Origin: Blasia pusilla
Taxonomy: Eukaryota
NCBI GenBank assembly: GCA_050084515.1
Contig: CM114271.1
Location: 28,768,001-28,832,000, forward strand
Length of the DNA stretch: 64,000 bases
Direction: 5' to 3'
Under the pieces are notes generated by a model. It ran no database searches. It was not told the origin of the DNA and saw only the letters and a program-made list of their open reading frames with translations. A program made the position numbers and the translations under genes. This document shows positions 48,301-60,730 of this stretch, piece by piece (position 1 is the stretch's first letter; each line of letters begins with the position of its first letter).

Positions 48301-51300
48301 TCCACCAAGGGGGAGAGCAAGGGTTCCTTTGTCATCACGCTTACTCTCTCGACCAGAGAAGCTTCAGCGGACTTCTGACAGTCCTCCAAGTAGCTCCCCA
48401 AGTCCATATGAAGTCCTAAACAATATTGAGGAACTAGCCCGCACCGCAAGCAGCAGTAGGCCACAATTACAGATGAATGCAGGTGCTGGAAGGTGTGTAT
48501 ATACTCCACATACAATTGGTTTGAGTTTTTTTCACCCAAGGTAGTTGCTCTTGATTGGTAAATTGACGTTGACTCTCAAGACAAACTTTGAGAATAGATT
48601 AGTGTCGTTGATATGGCCTAGAATTCAGGGCTTTGAAGATTTGGAACCATCAGGGTTGTTGGAGTGCAGAAGACTTGGCTGTAAGCCCTCAATGGGCAAG
48701 TTTTGGTTTGAAGAAAATGTCAATCATGATTTAGAAGGCTTTCTGATAGCTGACAAGGGATTGCTACTAATTTGGTTTGTACTTCTTAGTCGAACATTAG
48801 CTGTTGTCAAAACTGGAACTATGATACCAGAAAAGTATTGATTGGTATTTTTCTTTTGTAGTCATGGTCCTTTGGAGGCAGCACTTCAAAGATTCAATGC
48901 AGTTTCTCAGCGTGACAGCAAAGGAAAAGGACCACTGCAAGATCAGGGTTCCTCGCAAGGGGCAGTAATTTCTAGTAGCCATCAACTTCAAGCAGAGAGA
49001 CAGAGCACACTGCGAGTTCGTCTTGAGGATGGCAATGTGGTGCCACTCACGTTCCCTGCGAGTAATTAGTCCCTTATTGACCCAAGTATCAGTTCATCTG
49101 CAGGTTAAGAAGCTTTAATAGTTTATATTTGGTGGTTTATTTATGAGTGCTTTCCAGCTTGAAGGTTAAGGGATCTTCGAAACAAAGTTGCAGTGTGCTC
49201 TTTTCTTCGTTGCAGTCCTTTGGTGTGAAGGCGTCATTCTATTGTCTACAGTTGTAGTCCTAGATGTTTACAAAGAGAATGCTTATTAGATGTTGGTGAT
49301 GAGTATTGAATGCAAGTTGCAGTTTCGTTTTCAGTCTGAGATTGTATACTTATATGTGGTGGATAGGATCCGTCTAGTGTAGCCCTAAACCACAGATCCT
49401 GCAGAAGGTCAGGAGTTCGTATTTATTATGTCCTATCCCAAAAGTGCCCTCGCTGCTGAGTATAAGTAGTAGCCTATAGGATGCAGTTTATTTTCTTCGC
49501 AGAAAAATGGGCTGCCAATACTCGGTGTTGCTCTTAGGGCAGTAAATGGGCTAGGGTCCACTATTTGCAGCCCGTTCACGTTGTCAGGTTAATAAATTCC
49601 AGCAATAATTGTGATCTTTCCAAAGCAAAATGGTATTGGCCTTCAATTCCTAACAATTATCCTAACTTCTGCAATGTTGTTTGTTGTGTAGACACTTCGT
49701 TGCAATCAGTAAGAGACTCGGTTATACCAGAGGGAGCTGATACATGTGCTTATGGCTTTGTGAGTTTTAAATTTGATGCTCTCTTGTTTAACTGGAAATT
49801 CTTCTTGAGCCACAATATTCAAACTTTTAAGTCTGTGGAGCATCAACGTACTATAGACAGTATGTTCAGAATCCCAGTGGTGGTAGTATTCCTGAAAGTC
49901 TGCACTTTGAACAGTGCCTATGTTCTAATTTAGATTCTTTGGTTTGGGTGACAGTTTGTCCCTATTCCTGAGCCACATTTCGTTGAAGGAGAAGACTTGG
50001 GTGTCAGTCTTGAAGAAGGTAAGCCACTCTCTTGAAGCAAGTTTACTGCGTATTCCTCATGTTTTGTGACCATTATTCTGAGAATTTGGAGAATTGCTTT
50101 ATTCCAGGGTTTACCTTTGCCTCTTGGTTTTCTAACAAATACTTCATGTTTGTGTGGGATGAACAGTTGGACTTGTACCGCGTGGAATACTGCATTTAAT
50201 CAAGGTGGCAAGCAGGGGCATGGTTCGGCAGGGCAGAAGAGTGCCTCGCCGGAGACGCTATGTTCCAGACAGTGATGATGAGGGTATGTACAGCGTGATG
50301 GAGGGTATGTTTCGACAGTTGGCAGATCACACACATAATCGTCAGGACCTCACATACGAGGAGTTAATGGAACTGGAAGAGAGCATTGGTCGTGGTAAGT
50401 TCTTAGATTTAGATGTCTGACTGTTTACATCTGTAGGACCTTTGATCTTTGTTGTGTAGAGCAGAGTCCTACTTCATTTTGCTCTTTTGACCCATTCCAC
50501 GTGAAAAATCCTGCATTCTATAGATTTATTATTCACAAAAGATTTACAAGTGTCAAGTGCAGTGCATATAAATCCTGTGGAAGTTGTCCGCTATAGGTCT
50601 TGTGTATGGGCCACTGGATGGGCGGAAGAATTCATAGGGCGGGTTACACAGGCATAGGGTGTTATTGTTTTGGTCTGTATATATACTTTGTGAGGAATGT
50701 ATACACATATTAAACTGTTTAGGGTAGAACTTCAGAACAGGACTTCAAATCTGGAACCAGATTCCGTCCTGGTACTTAACAAGATAGAGCAGAACGTGCA
50801 GATTTAAAAAAATTTCCAGCACTGCATAAGGCTCTCCACGGAGGTCATTTTCTCTCAAAGCTTCCTTCAAATCTCTTCCTGTTTTTTCCTTCGGGGGTTA
50901 CCAATAGATTTTGCTGTGATTCAAAGCCAGAATGTGAGTACTTCTAGCTGTAAGAGCCACATTAAGGGACCTTGCAACGAATTTAAATTGTAAGCAGGTA
51001 CATAGGGTGTCGTGATTTTAATGTCACATCGGAACACAACGAATAAAGCTGGATGGGAATCCTGGTGAAGAACATCCGCTCAGAGCTTTGTTCTTGTTGA
51101 TGCCTTTATGGTTCTTGACATGAGAGGTTTATTTAATGGCAAGTGGTCGAGCTTGTTCTAATATTAAGGATTTCTACTGCATCTTGTTTTCCTCAAGTTT
51201 CCTATCATTCCTGGGTACACTTCTCCTCACTACTACACCCCATAGAAAGTATGTCCCGAAACCCTTGTCTGCAATAACACAAGAAAGCAGTGTCACTATC

Positions 51301-52713
51301 TTTACCTCTTTGCTGTTTAGGGCCAACACTTCAAGGGAAGTGTGGAATCAACTGAGCCAGACCGTGTTTTGAGCTATGGAGATGATTTTCTTGATAAGGG
51401 CCGATCAGTGAGCTGGGAAATGACACAAGTTCCCTGATGTAGAGTGAGGGAGTCTATCAAATTCAGATGTACAGCATGACTGACTTAACCTTTCCGGTGT
51501 GGGAATTTGTGGCACGATGTAGATTAACGAGGAAGAAATACATCATGAAGATTTCAAATAGTACCTTGTGATCTTTGTCTTCGAGTCATGTTTATTGATG
51601 GCCTTATCTCAAAGAGTTGGGAGGGGAGGTGATGGTGATATCATTTTAGAGATCGTTCATTCAGTAGTGCCTTCATAGCCTTTTAGCCAGTGTTTGTAAG
51701 GGATTGATAAGTGTATTGCCTATCTCATAGTAACATGTATCTATATTGTCCCTGTTCCCTTCTCAACTTCTATCCATGTTTAGCACCATGGATAGAAGTT
51801 CCGTTAGCAACAGTGCGACTGCCGTCGATGTTTTAATTCCCATATAAGTCTCACTATCTGGTGTGCCTTTCTCTTCTCAACTATTGATTAGTGTCCCAGC
51901 AAGAGGAGGTTGAAAAAATTATGCAATCAGATTTCACATTATGAATGCTTCCTCTGATGCATCAAATGAAGTCTTCAGACACAGAAGTCTGTGTCTGATA
52001 CCTTGTCGCAAGACATGGAGGACTCCAAAACGGTGTTGTGCGCTACCTTTAAAGGAGGAGAGGTCTCGACTACCCCTACAAATGTTGAGCTGTAGGTTTG
52101 CTGCCATAAGTCACTGGGGAAAAGCCTGCCAAAGGCAAACTCTGAGCAAGCAGAGATGAAATATGATTATTTCACTGGTAATGCCATGTGTTCTGAGGAT
52201 TCACTCATGAAGAGCTATCTGTAACAGACACAGAAGAAGCAAGTGTCCCCAGATTCCCAGTTTTTTTAACCTTTTGGTTATTGGTCCAGATACAAACCAT
52301 GGTGCTATTTTAGTAGGGTTTAAAAAATAAGGAATTTGAACGGTCAGCAATCTGTGTGCTGTTGGTTCATGTCTCATTTTGCGTTTTTGTGATTTGAGTG
52401 GACCTTGTCTCCATGTCGTGCATCCCATAATCTTCTCATAATGTACTTTGTATTGTGGACAGTACATGTTGGTGTTCCAGAGGAGGTAATTGCAGCCCTT
52501 CCAACACATATGGTGAAGATAGCGAATGGTGAGGAAACAACAGAAGATGGAAACAAAGAGTGTGTGGATGTATGCATTGTGTGCATGGCAGAGATGGTGA
52601 ATGGTGAAGAAGCTATGTCTTTGCCTTGTATCCACACCTTCCATACTGTTTGCATCCGGCGATGGTTGCTCCAGTCTACGTGCTGTCCCACCTGCAAACA
52701 GTGTTTGGTATAA
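45328..52713 (+). CDS. UBA-UBX-UBX-RING-H2 protein (putative p97/CDC48 adaptor E3 ligase); exons about 45328-45963, 46185-46404, 46799-46943, 47123-47301, 47448-48492, 48862-49103, 49396-49418, 49955-50018, 50167-50394, 52463-52713; in-frame TAG at 49067
   Basis: UBA LEAMGFPSDWCEKAL. UBX VQLQIRC...TLRDVRAYV...LTLAQAQLVPRGTLIV. Second UBX LRVRLEDG...SLEEVGLVPRGILHL. LTYEELMELEESIG, then RING-H2 CIVC...LPCIHTFHTVCIRRWL...CPTCK. Introns are phase-compatible GT-AG. Confidence 0.75.
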
Positions 52714-54965
52714 TTAGGAGATGTTTTCAACAACATAGCAGCAGTTCACTTCTTGTGTCCAGTTTTGAATGATCAGATTCTCTGCACCTTTGTTCTGTAT
52801 AGCTAATTTTATCAACAGATTTAACTATAGAGTAGTGTCAGATTCTTGTTTATCGGCTGGCAAAGTGTGCAAAAGCTTAGTATTTGCTCGTCCAAATTTG
52901 CCCCCCTATTGGGGCTTGATGTTGTCTGTCATTTTTCTCTGGTTGAGAATATCAAACCACCGTGGTTTTAGAGGGGTTGTAGTTACTTGGGGATAGTACT
53001 TGATTGGTTACGAATGGGTCGGTACTGCCCATGTTTTAGTGAATATCAACTGAAACTCACTGTCAACCCCGGGCTGTGTAGTCATTGATCGTTTGCTGGT
53101 GAAATCATCATCCAGAAATGTGTAAGTGGGGGTCATAATGTCATAGATTTAATCTGAACAGAGATGTGTACATGAAATGTTAACAGTGACCTAAAAGAAA
53201 AGATGGTCCCACAAGCCTTGCCGCCCCTTTTATGATCTGCTCGCAAATCTGAATATTTTCTGAGAGCTTATGATCTTCTGCTCCCATTCAGCTGGAATAC
53301 TGCTTGGCTCCAAAACCTTGAAAAAAAATCTCCTGGCATTCATTCTCTGGCAGCCCGCTACCATAATCTGTTTCCATTACATACAGGAAGGTATACTGCA
53401 ATTTTGCAATTCTCATGCGAGCAAATTCGTGTGAATTAATGGAATGTGGGCACTCTCTCAGATGGCACTATGGAAAGATGCTTGAAAAAATTGTGCGGAT
53501 TTTCTCGTCCCTAGGTGTAAGTATAGCAAACAGGTTTTATTGTCAAGGACAGCACCGAATGCAACGGGGGAAGATTTCGAAAACAAAAGACGGACATTCT
53601 ATTTACTGGATTTCAAACGCAAATGGCGACAGTTTCCAGTCGCCGCACACTAATTGTGACTGGTTTCACCGCCCATACCAGTTGGACACATACCCAGAGG
53701 CCATGCATTAATACGAATAACCCATCTTATTTAGGAGCATTCGTAGAATCGGGAAGATATGTGCCAGTCACACCTCCCACGATATGAGTCCCAGAGGCTC
53801 GAATGGCTTTACGGTTTCCGCGCACCTTGTCTTACCTAGCGCAGCATGTGAGCATGTGGCAGTAGAAAGTGGTAAAAGATCTGCTGTCCACAGCTAAAAA
53901 GTGCAACGGTCAAGAAGGAACATGGAAAATTAATTGTCTGGTCAGCTATCTGAGTTTGATTCGGGGTCATCACCCATGGAATTTGGTCAGAGCACCTTAT
54001 CGGGTATCTCTCAGGTGTACCTGTAGGTGTCACACGCACGAGGCCGGCCACCTACCTCACCTGGCCAATGCGAATCGTACGGAACCACAATTCCGAAATC
54101 ATATGGCAACATTTTCCTTACGTGTGTTGTGTCGGTGAAGGAGCAGATAGAAGTTATTTGTGTTGTGCTGGTGAAAGAGCACATACATGATACACATATG
54201 TTTAGTGAGACTCGAATTAGTGATGAGGAATTTTCAAATTATCCCGAACACACTCGTAAATGGCTCATAAAAATGTGGGAAAGACAGCAAGTTTGCAGAA
54301 ATATAATATTTCATTGAAGAGTGAATTTTTCATTTGTCAACATCCATTTACTTCACGAATATCTTTTTTACAACTCGTGTTGTCCCATCCTGGTGCTACC
54401 CATCCTATCTATGAGACTCTGCAGTCTGGGGGATCTGTCGCTACTCCTCTAAGGAAGAATCTGAAAGATAACATGATATCGGAACTTCAGAAGGCACCAT
54501 AATCACTATACTATCCAATCAAAGCTCAGAGCCGAAGCAAGATAAGTACTATCTGACCCTACATGGAAGCTAAGTATTCCAAGATTCTGTGGCTCAGAAG
54601 GCATGCGATACTTTCTCCGCACACGAATCACGAGGACCTGCACAAACTTGTCACCAGTATGAGACAAAGTGCTGACGTTTGAACGGTTGACTCAGACAAT
54701 CCAAGAATTATCCTCTTCCTGATACTGAGTATATTAGGTTGTATCGAAGCGTACAATGGAAGTAACGTAAGACTGGAGTGCTCCAAGAGGTTTGTTAAGA
54801 CAGAATGAATACCTTTGGGGAAACGCAACTCACTCGTGAGTCTTTTTTCTCTTATTTGCAAGCTCATTCACAGCTGTAAGATGAGTTGCATGCGCTCTCT
54901 GCTGGCATGCACTACATTTAGTATAGATAAGGAAACAGATGAATAGAGTGGAATACGTCAAGATC

Positions 54966-56724
54966 CTACTCCTCATCATCCCAGAACTCTTCAGGGGTCT
55001 TCCAGGGTCCTTTGTATATTGGAGAAAAATCACAAAGTCGTTTCTGGTTGATGGTCTTGATTTTCTGATGATCTTCCTCGGTCAAATTGAACTCAAAAAT
55101 GCTCAAATTCTGAATTTGACGGTCCTTGTTGTACGTTTTGGGCACAGCTGCAAAGCCACTCTCTGTGATCCACCGCAAAGTAATCTGCACAGGTCCACCA
55201 TCACATGCAACATATTTGAACTTTCATTTTCATGTTGGAATTGTATCTCCAACGAATTGAGTCGGTCAAACTGGTTTGTTTCATTGAAGTTTGAGCCATT
55301 GAAAGAGAAAGCACTGTAACTATTACAATTGTAATTCTGACGGCACTTTCCTTTTCGTTACTTAACCTAGAAAGGCTGGAGGCTGAAGTGCAGTGAGTGC
55401 GGGACTAATCCTGACTTCTGAAATGCAAAATGATCTCAGTCGAAGGCACGATAAGTAACAAGGGTTTTACCTGGGGCACACTCTTGCCGTGGTTCTCAGC
55501 TATATCCTTCAGAATAGGGTTCTGCATCAAGTCCTTCCCACCATAAGAATATTGATACGCTGCAAGAGGGGACCAGGCAGTGATCTGTATGCCTTTCTTG
55601 TCACAGTAGGCCTTCAGCTTCGCATGCTGCAAGTGAGGATGTAGCTCCACCTGCATGCAATGGCAGGTACACATGACTCTTCACAGTATTAGCTAATATT
55701 CCACATCCTTTCTGCAGTGCGCAGTGAAAACGTCACAAGTTAAAAGCCAACATTAACTTGGCACTGCCTCACTTAGAAACGCACGATGTTGGGTGGACGC
55801 TGGACCTGATTAACAGCAGGGATTATAGTCGCATGAGGTAGAAGCTCCTGGAGTCTCTTGACTTCAAAATTACTCACTCCGATAGCTTTGGTCAGGCCCA
55901 TGTGCACAAGCTTCTCCATTTCCTGCCAGACGCCCTTCATGTCGAGTGGCAGAAAATCGTCCTCTGTCAACATCATGAAAGAATGGGTTGTGTCCTGTCT
56001 AATTCGAACAGGCCAGTGGATGAGGTACAAATCCAAATAATCCAGCTGCAATTGGCTGCAACAAACAAGCCCTCCACCAGTCAGTTCAATTCGCCAGACG
56101 GACGAGAAGGAGACTCGAGAAACACGGCGTGCTTCACCTCTGGTAGTGAAATCTACGCAGTGCCTCACCAATCTGTGAATTCCGAATTGGCGGTCTCACC
56201 TGAGGCTCTTCTGAATCGCGGGGAGCACTAGTGGAGGATCCACATCCTGAACTCCGATCTTTGTGGTCACAAACACGTCCTCCCTGTTCACGATGCCCCT
56301 CTTGAACGCCTCCTGTAGAGCTGCCCCCAACGCAGCTTCCGTGCCATAGACAGCAGCGGTATCAAAATGCCGATAGCCATTCTGCATGCACGATGCCAAC
56401 CAGCTATGCCTCACAAATCCAAAGCGAAAACGTGACGATTACCGCAAGCTCTGATCTGCTCAGGTGAGCCCCACTACCGCTCATCGTCACCGCATCCACA
56501 ATTGCAGCAGTGACAGAACACGGACCAAAACACGAACTCTAACAGTCAGCGGCGGCCCAAACTGCAGCCGCCGCCGTCGCTCCGAGATTCACCTCGATGG
56601 CCTGCAGTACGCCGGCCTCGACGACCTCCGCGGCCTCCCCCATGCTCCCGGTGCCCAACCCGATGGCGGGCATCCAAGCTCCATTGTTTAGCTTAAACTG
56701 CAGCACTTCCTTCGGATCCACCAT
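54966..56724 (-). CDS. Aldo-keto reductase (plant AKR4-like); exons about 56724-56593, 56381-56200, 56055-55806, 55650-55471, 55184-54966
   Basis: MPAIGLGT, GYRHFDTAAVYG, FVTTKI, LDYLDLYLIHWP, AIGVSNF, PAVNQVELHP, WSPL. Catalytic D/Y/K/H present; splice sites in phase. Confidence 0.93.
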
Positions 56725-58459
56725 CTTCTTCTTCCTCCTCCCAATCGATCCCCGTCACTTCCTTCCCTCCTGTCAACCAATTTAACGCGCTTCTCTTCTC
56801 CCTCTTCTCTGGTCATTACCGGCTTCTTCCCCACTGCCATATATCCATCCCTCCGTCCCACTGCCGTCTGTCATACCACTCCGCTCCAACGCTCCCATCG
56901 CATTTCCCCCATTCGTCAGTTTCGTGCGCAGCTTCGTGGTGCCGCGACTTCAGATCAAAGCGAGAAGTTCTGACTTTGACTTCTTCGATTCCGTTTCCCC
57001 AAATTCCCATGATTCCCATCCCAACCCGACTTCGTCTCTCCTGCGCGTGCGTAGGATGGAAGCTCGACTAGGACATCGACTTGGACTTGGGCTGGGAGCC
57101 TCGGGCTGGTCCCTGCGTGTTGTCGGCCGAACTTCAATCCGGTGGGGTTTCCTTTCATTCATGCCTTCTCAATTTTTTCCTTTTGGAGAATGAAAAAGGA
57201 AGATAATATTTGCACCCTCACCCTTGTACGGTATAAAAAGTGTTTAAAAACTTTTGTTAGTGAAAGCACAAATTCGAGTTTCTTTTTCCGGGATATGCGA
57301 AACATTTTTTTCACACGTAGCGTTCAAACAAATAAAATGGCATTTTCTAATAATAATATAAATTTAAAATTCTTTTCTCATATGAAAAATATTTATGCCA
57401 TTTTAATGGAAAGTTTTAAAATTTTAAATTAATGAACTCCATATTTGAGGTCTATTTAAAAAAAGTAGAATTTGTTGGTAATTTGGAAGGTTTCAATTGA
57501 AATTAAAGGTTTTGTATGCAATAGTTGGATTGGAGAGTAGAGGGATATGGTGGAGGAGGACTATGGCAGAGGAGATTGAGGGATGATTAGAATTTTGCTT
57601 GTAACTATTTTCATGATGATCCAATCTTTTCAATCTAAGGTCTAATGTGTTCATCTTCTTAAGCTTGAACTTTGGGTTCTTCTTTTTTCCATTTAAGATT
57701 GAGTTTTCCAAAGTTCTTGGGATCTTTGGACCTCCTTCTCTCCTAAATGTGCTCATAGATTCCTATACGCAATTTCAAACATAGCGCTCTCTTCATAGAG
57801 TGATTTCGGGTTACCATCGGTTTAAGGGATTCCTCTTTCTTTTCTGGATCTTTTGACACGGGCTGGGCCCAACATTACGAACTCATTCCCTCATAGCGGT
57901 CATTGGTGGGTGGCTCACTTACTCCTCACATCCTCTTTTTTGGTGTTTCCAATTTCTTTCATAATTTTCTTCTGGAATGTCGGTTTTGGACATGTTTGGG
58001 CTTGTTTCCATCGTCTTGACGAGCTCATTCTTTTCATATCAAGAAGGTTTTCTAGTTTTTCTTCCTTCTCTGTAGGCGCCTATTTTTTTGTAGGGGTTTG
58101 TTTTAGTTCAATTCCTCCCAAAAGTCTTCCTTGCTCTTTTAACTCCATACCTTACTGTTTCGTCCTTACATACGTTTTCCATCTCTTTAAGGACATTAGA
58201 AATTCATATTCTTGAGCCACCTCTTCGGATAACATATAGATCACTTTTCCTTTTCAATTTCTTTTTATATTTTTCTTATAATAACTTTCAATCATAAATT
58301 CGGTATTGCCGAATCTTCTTCTCTCCATCTAAATTTCTTTTGGACGAATTCCACTACTTTTGCTTTGCTAGTTATCCTCATGCTTTCTCCAAACCACGTT
58401 TCATATGTCTTTCCTTGTCTTCGATGACTTGCCTACCTTTACTTCTATATCATCAGAGA

Positions 58460-60730
58460 TGGAGTTGGATTCTCCATCTACTCGCTTATCTCGTTTTACA
58501 CGCCCTCTTACAGCCGTAACCTCTCCCCCTGGTTCACCTCCTCATTGTAGATCTCCCCATTTTCCTCCAGACTAATATACCCATTACACTCGCTACATTT
58601 CTTCTGGATTCTCCTCTTCTCCCTTCTTTGCATTGTCCTATTGAGCCTAATCTTGATCCATTATTACGAAATCCTTCTACTTTGCCATCCCTACATATCT
58701 CATCTATGCCCTTGCTTTCAACTCCCATCTATTCTACCCAAATCTCCCCTCTTCCTCCTCCTCCTTCCCCAACCTCCTTACCCCCTCATCGTCGATCATC
58801 ACCACCTCTTGCACCTCCCACCTCCTCTCCTTGTAACCCTTCTACTTCTCCATTTGTACCAAAGTTTCGTTGCATACCTTGTGGTAAGGAGTTTGCTCCT
58901 AATGGGATCAAAAGACATCAACGCTACTGTCGATCCATGTATGGGCCTTCAATCCCTAACCCGATACCACCTCCTACTGCACTCCCCACAACAACTCCTT
59001 GGACCTGGTTAAGCCAAATGGATCTCCTTCACTCTTTCCATCCAGGTCTTCCTCGTCCTAGACTCTACACTTGCATTCCTATTGCTCTTCGTCCCATCAC
59101 CGAACCCGCTTTGCTTTTCCCATTAGAAAGGTTAGCGCGTGATCCCACAGATATCAAAGCTTGGTATCTCTTATTACTCTTCCCACAATGGGTTTTAGTC
59201 CTTCCTCCAAGGGGTGGTGCAACGGGTCATCGTGAAACCTCCACACGTATTCAACGCTTTATGTCTGGGGATTGGGAGAATCTTCAGAATGAGCATGTAC
59301 TTCGAGCCGAGGCCTTAGCTGCGACTCATCCCACTTAACATGTCAATCATGGAAGGCCTTCAATACAACAACGCCTTCGATGAAGTCTACTTTTGGGGCA
59401 GGTTGGTGAGTTTTCACGTGCAACTTGAGCATTGGGTCCTCTTTCTCCGGCGGTTCCAAGTGCGGGAATAGTGGCTCTCTTGGAAGCTCTTCATCCTTCT
59501 TCAAGTGGCGATGCTCCACCTTTTGTGGAAGACTATACAATGGACCCTCACTTGGAGCTTGACTTGGAGGTTTTCACAAGGGATTTTCTACAAACTCCTC
59601 GCTTATCAGCAAGCAGGCTATCAAGGATGGTTTTTTAGCATCTCTGCGAATGCTTTATCCCAACAGATTCAGCAAGTGGCTTTGTCTCTCTATATAAGGT
59701 GTGTGCACATATGGCGGTAGGTCGTCTTCCATTCTCTATATCTAGGCTCTTAAGGGCTTGTCGTTTGTTGGTTTTGGATAAGCCTCCTTCAAGTGTGTGC
59801 CCTTTGGCTATTCGAGAGGTTTTATATCGCTTGGTTAGTCGATCCGTATGCTTGCAATTTTTTCCTCACTTTAGTGCCCACTTATTTCCTCATCAATTTG
59901 GAGTGGCAACTCTTGAAGGTTGTGAGGCTGTGATGCATGGGATTTGCTCCACTCTTGATATTCATCCAGATTGGGTAGCAATTCAAGTCGATATGGTTGA
60001 CGCATTCAATTCACTTTCTCGTGTGGCCATCTTTGAGGAGTTATGTTGTGCAGGAAGACAACTCGCGAGCCTCATTCAATTTGTTTCCTCCTTCTATGCC
60101 TATGATACACCCTTTATCTATTTCCATCATGCTACTTCTGGGGAATATAGTATTCTACAATGGGCTTGTGGCACACGTCAAGGTGATCCCATGGGTGGCC
60201 TACTCTTTGCCATTGCCCATTTTCATGCCCTTCGAGCATCAGCGCAAGCATTTCCATCTTGTCTTTTCCCTTCTATTGCTGATGACACTCACATTATAGG
60301 TCCTCCTTCTAAAGTGGTTCTTGCTTATATCGATTTCGTGGAGCAACTCTCTTTCTTAAACCTTAAAGTCCAACCTAGTGAATGTGGAGTATGGTCTCCT
60401 TCATGCCTTCCCTCCATATTCATCCCACCTACTTATGATTTTCCCATCTATATTGAAGGGGTTAGAGTTCTTGGGGTCCCAATTGGCTTCATTGACTATG
60501 TCTCAAAGTTCTTGGATGAGGCCCTTGTGAAAGACGCGGAATGGCTTTATTTGTTACCTCATCTGGGGGGTCCCCTAGTGGCTTATGGGATTCTCTCCCA
60601 ATGTTTTCTACGACGTCCTTCCTACCTTCTTCGCACTTGTCCTCCCACTTCAAGGTTCTTACATCGGTTGGCCTCTTTTGACGCTTCTATCTTGGTAACT
60701 TTTGGTCAACTTCTTGGCCCGAATACCTTT
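58460..60730 (+). mobile_element. CRE-like non-LTR retrotransposon (N-terminal Zn finger + RT), disrupted and cut by a Copia insertion
   Basis: CIPCGKEFAPNGIKRHQRYC; QFGVA..GCEA; DAFNSLSR; GTRQGDPMGGLLFA; SIADDTHIIG; no APE domain visible upstream. Confidence 0.75.

Noticed and set aside
53000-54900. Short ORFs between the two convergent genes
   Set aside because: No motifs or splice support; probably UTR or intergenic sequence.
57400-58450. Possible degraded ORF or TE upstream of the AKR gene
   Set aside because: No recognisable motif or termini.
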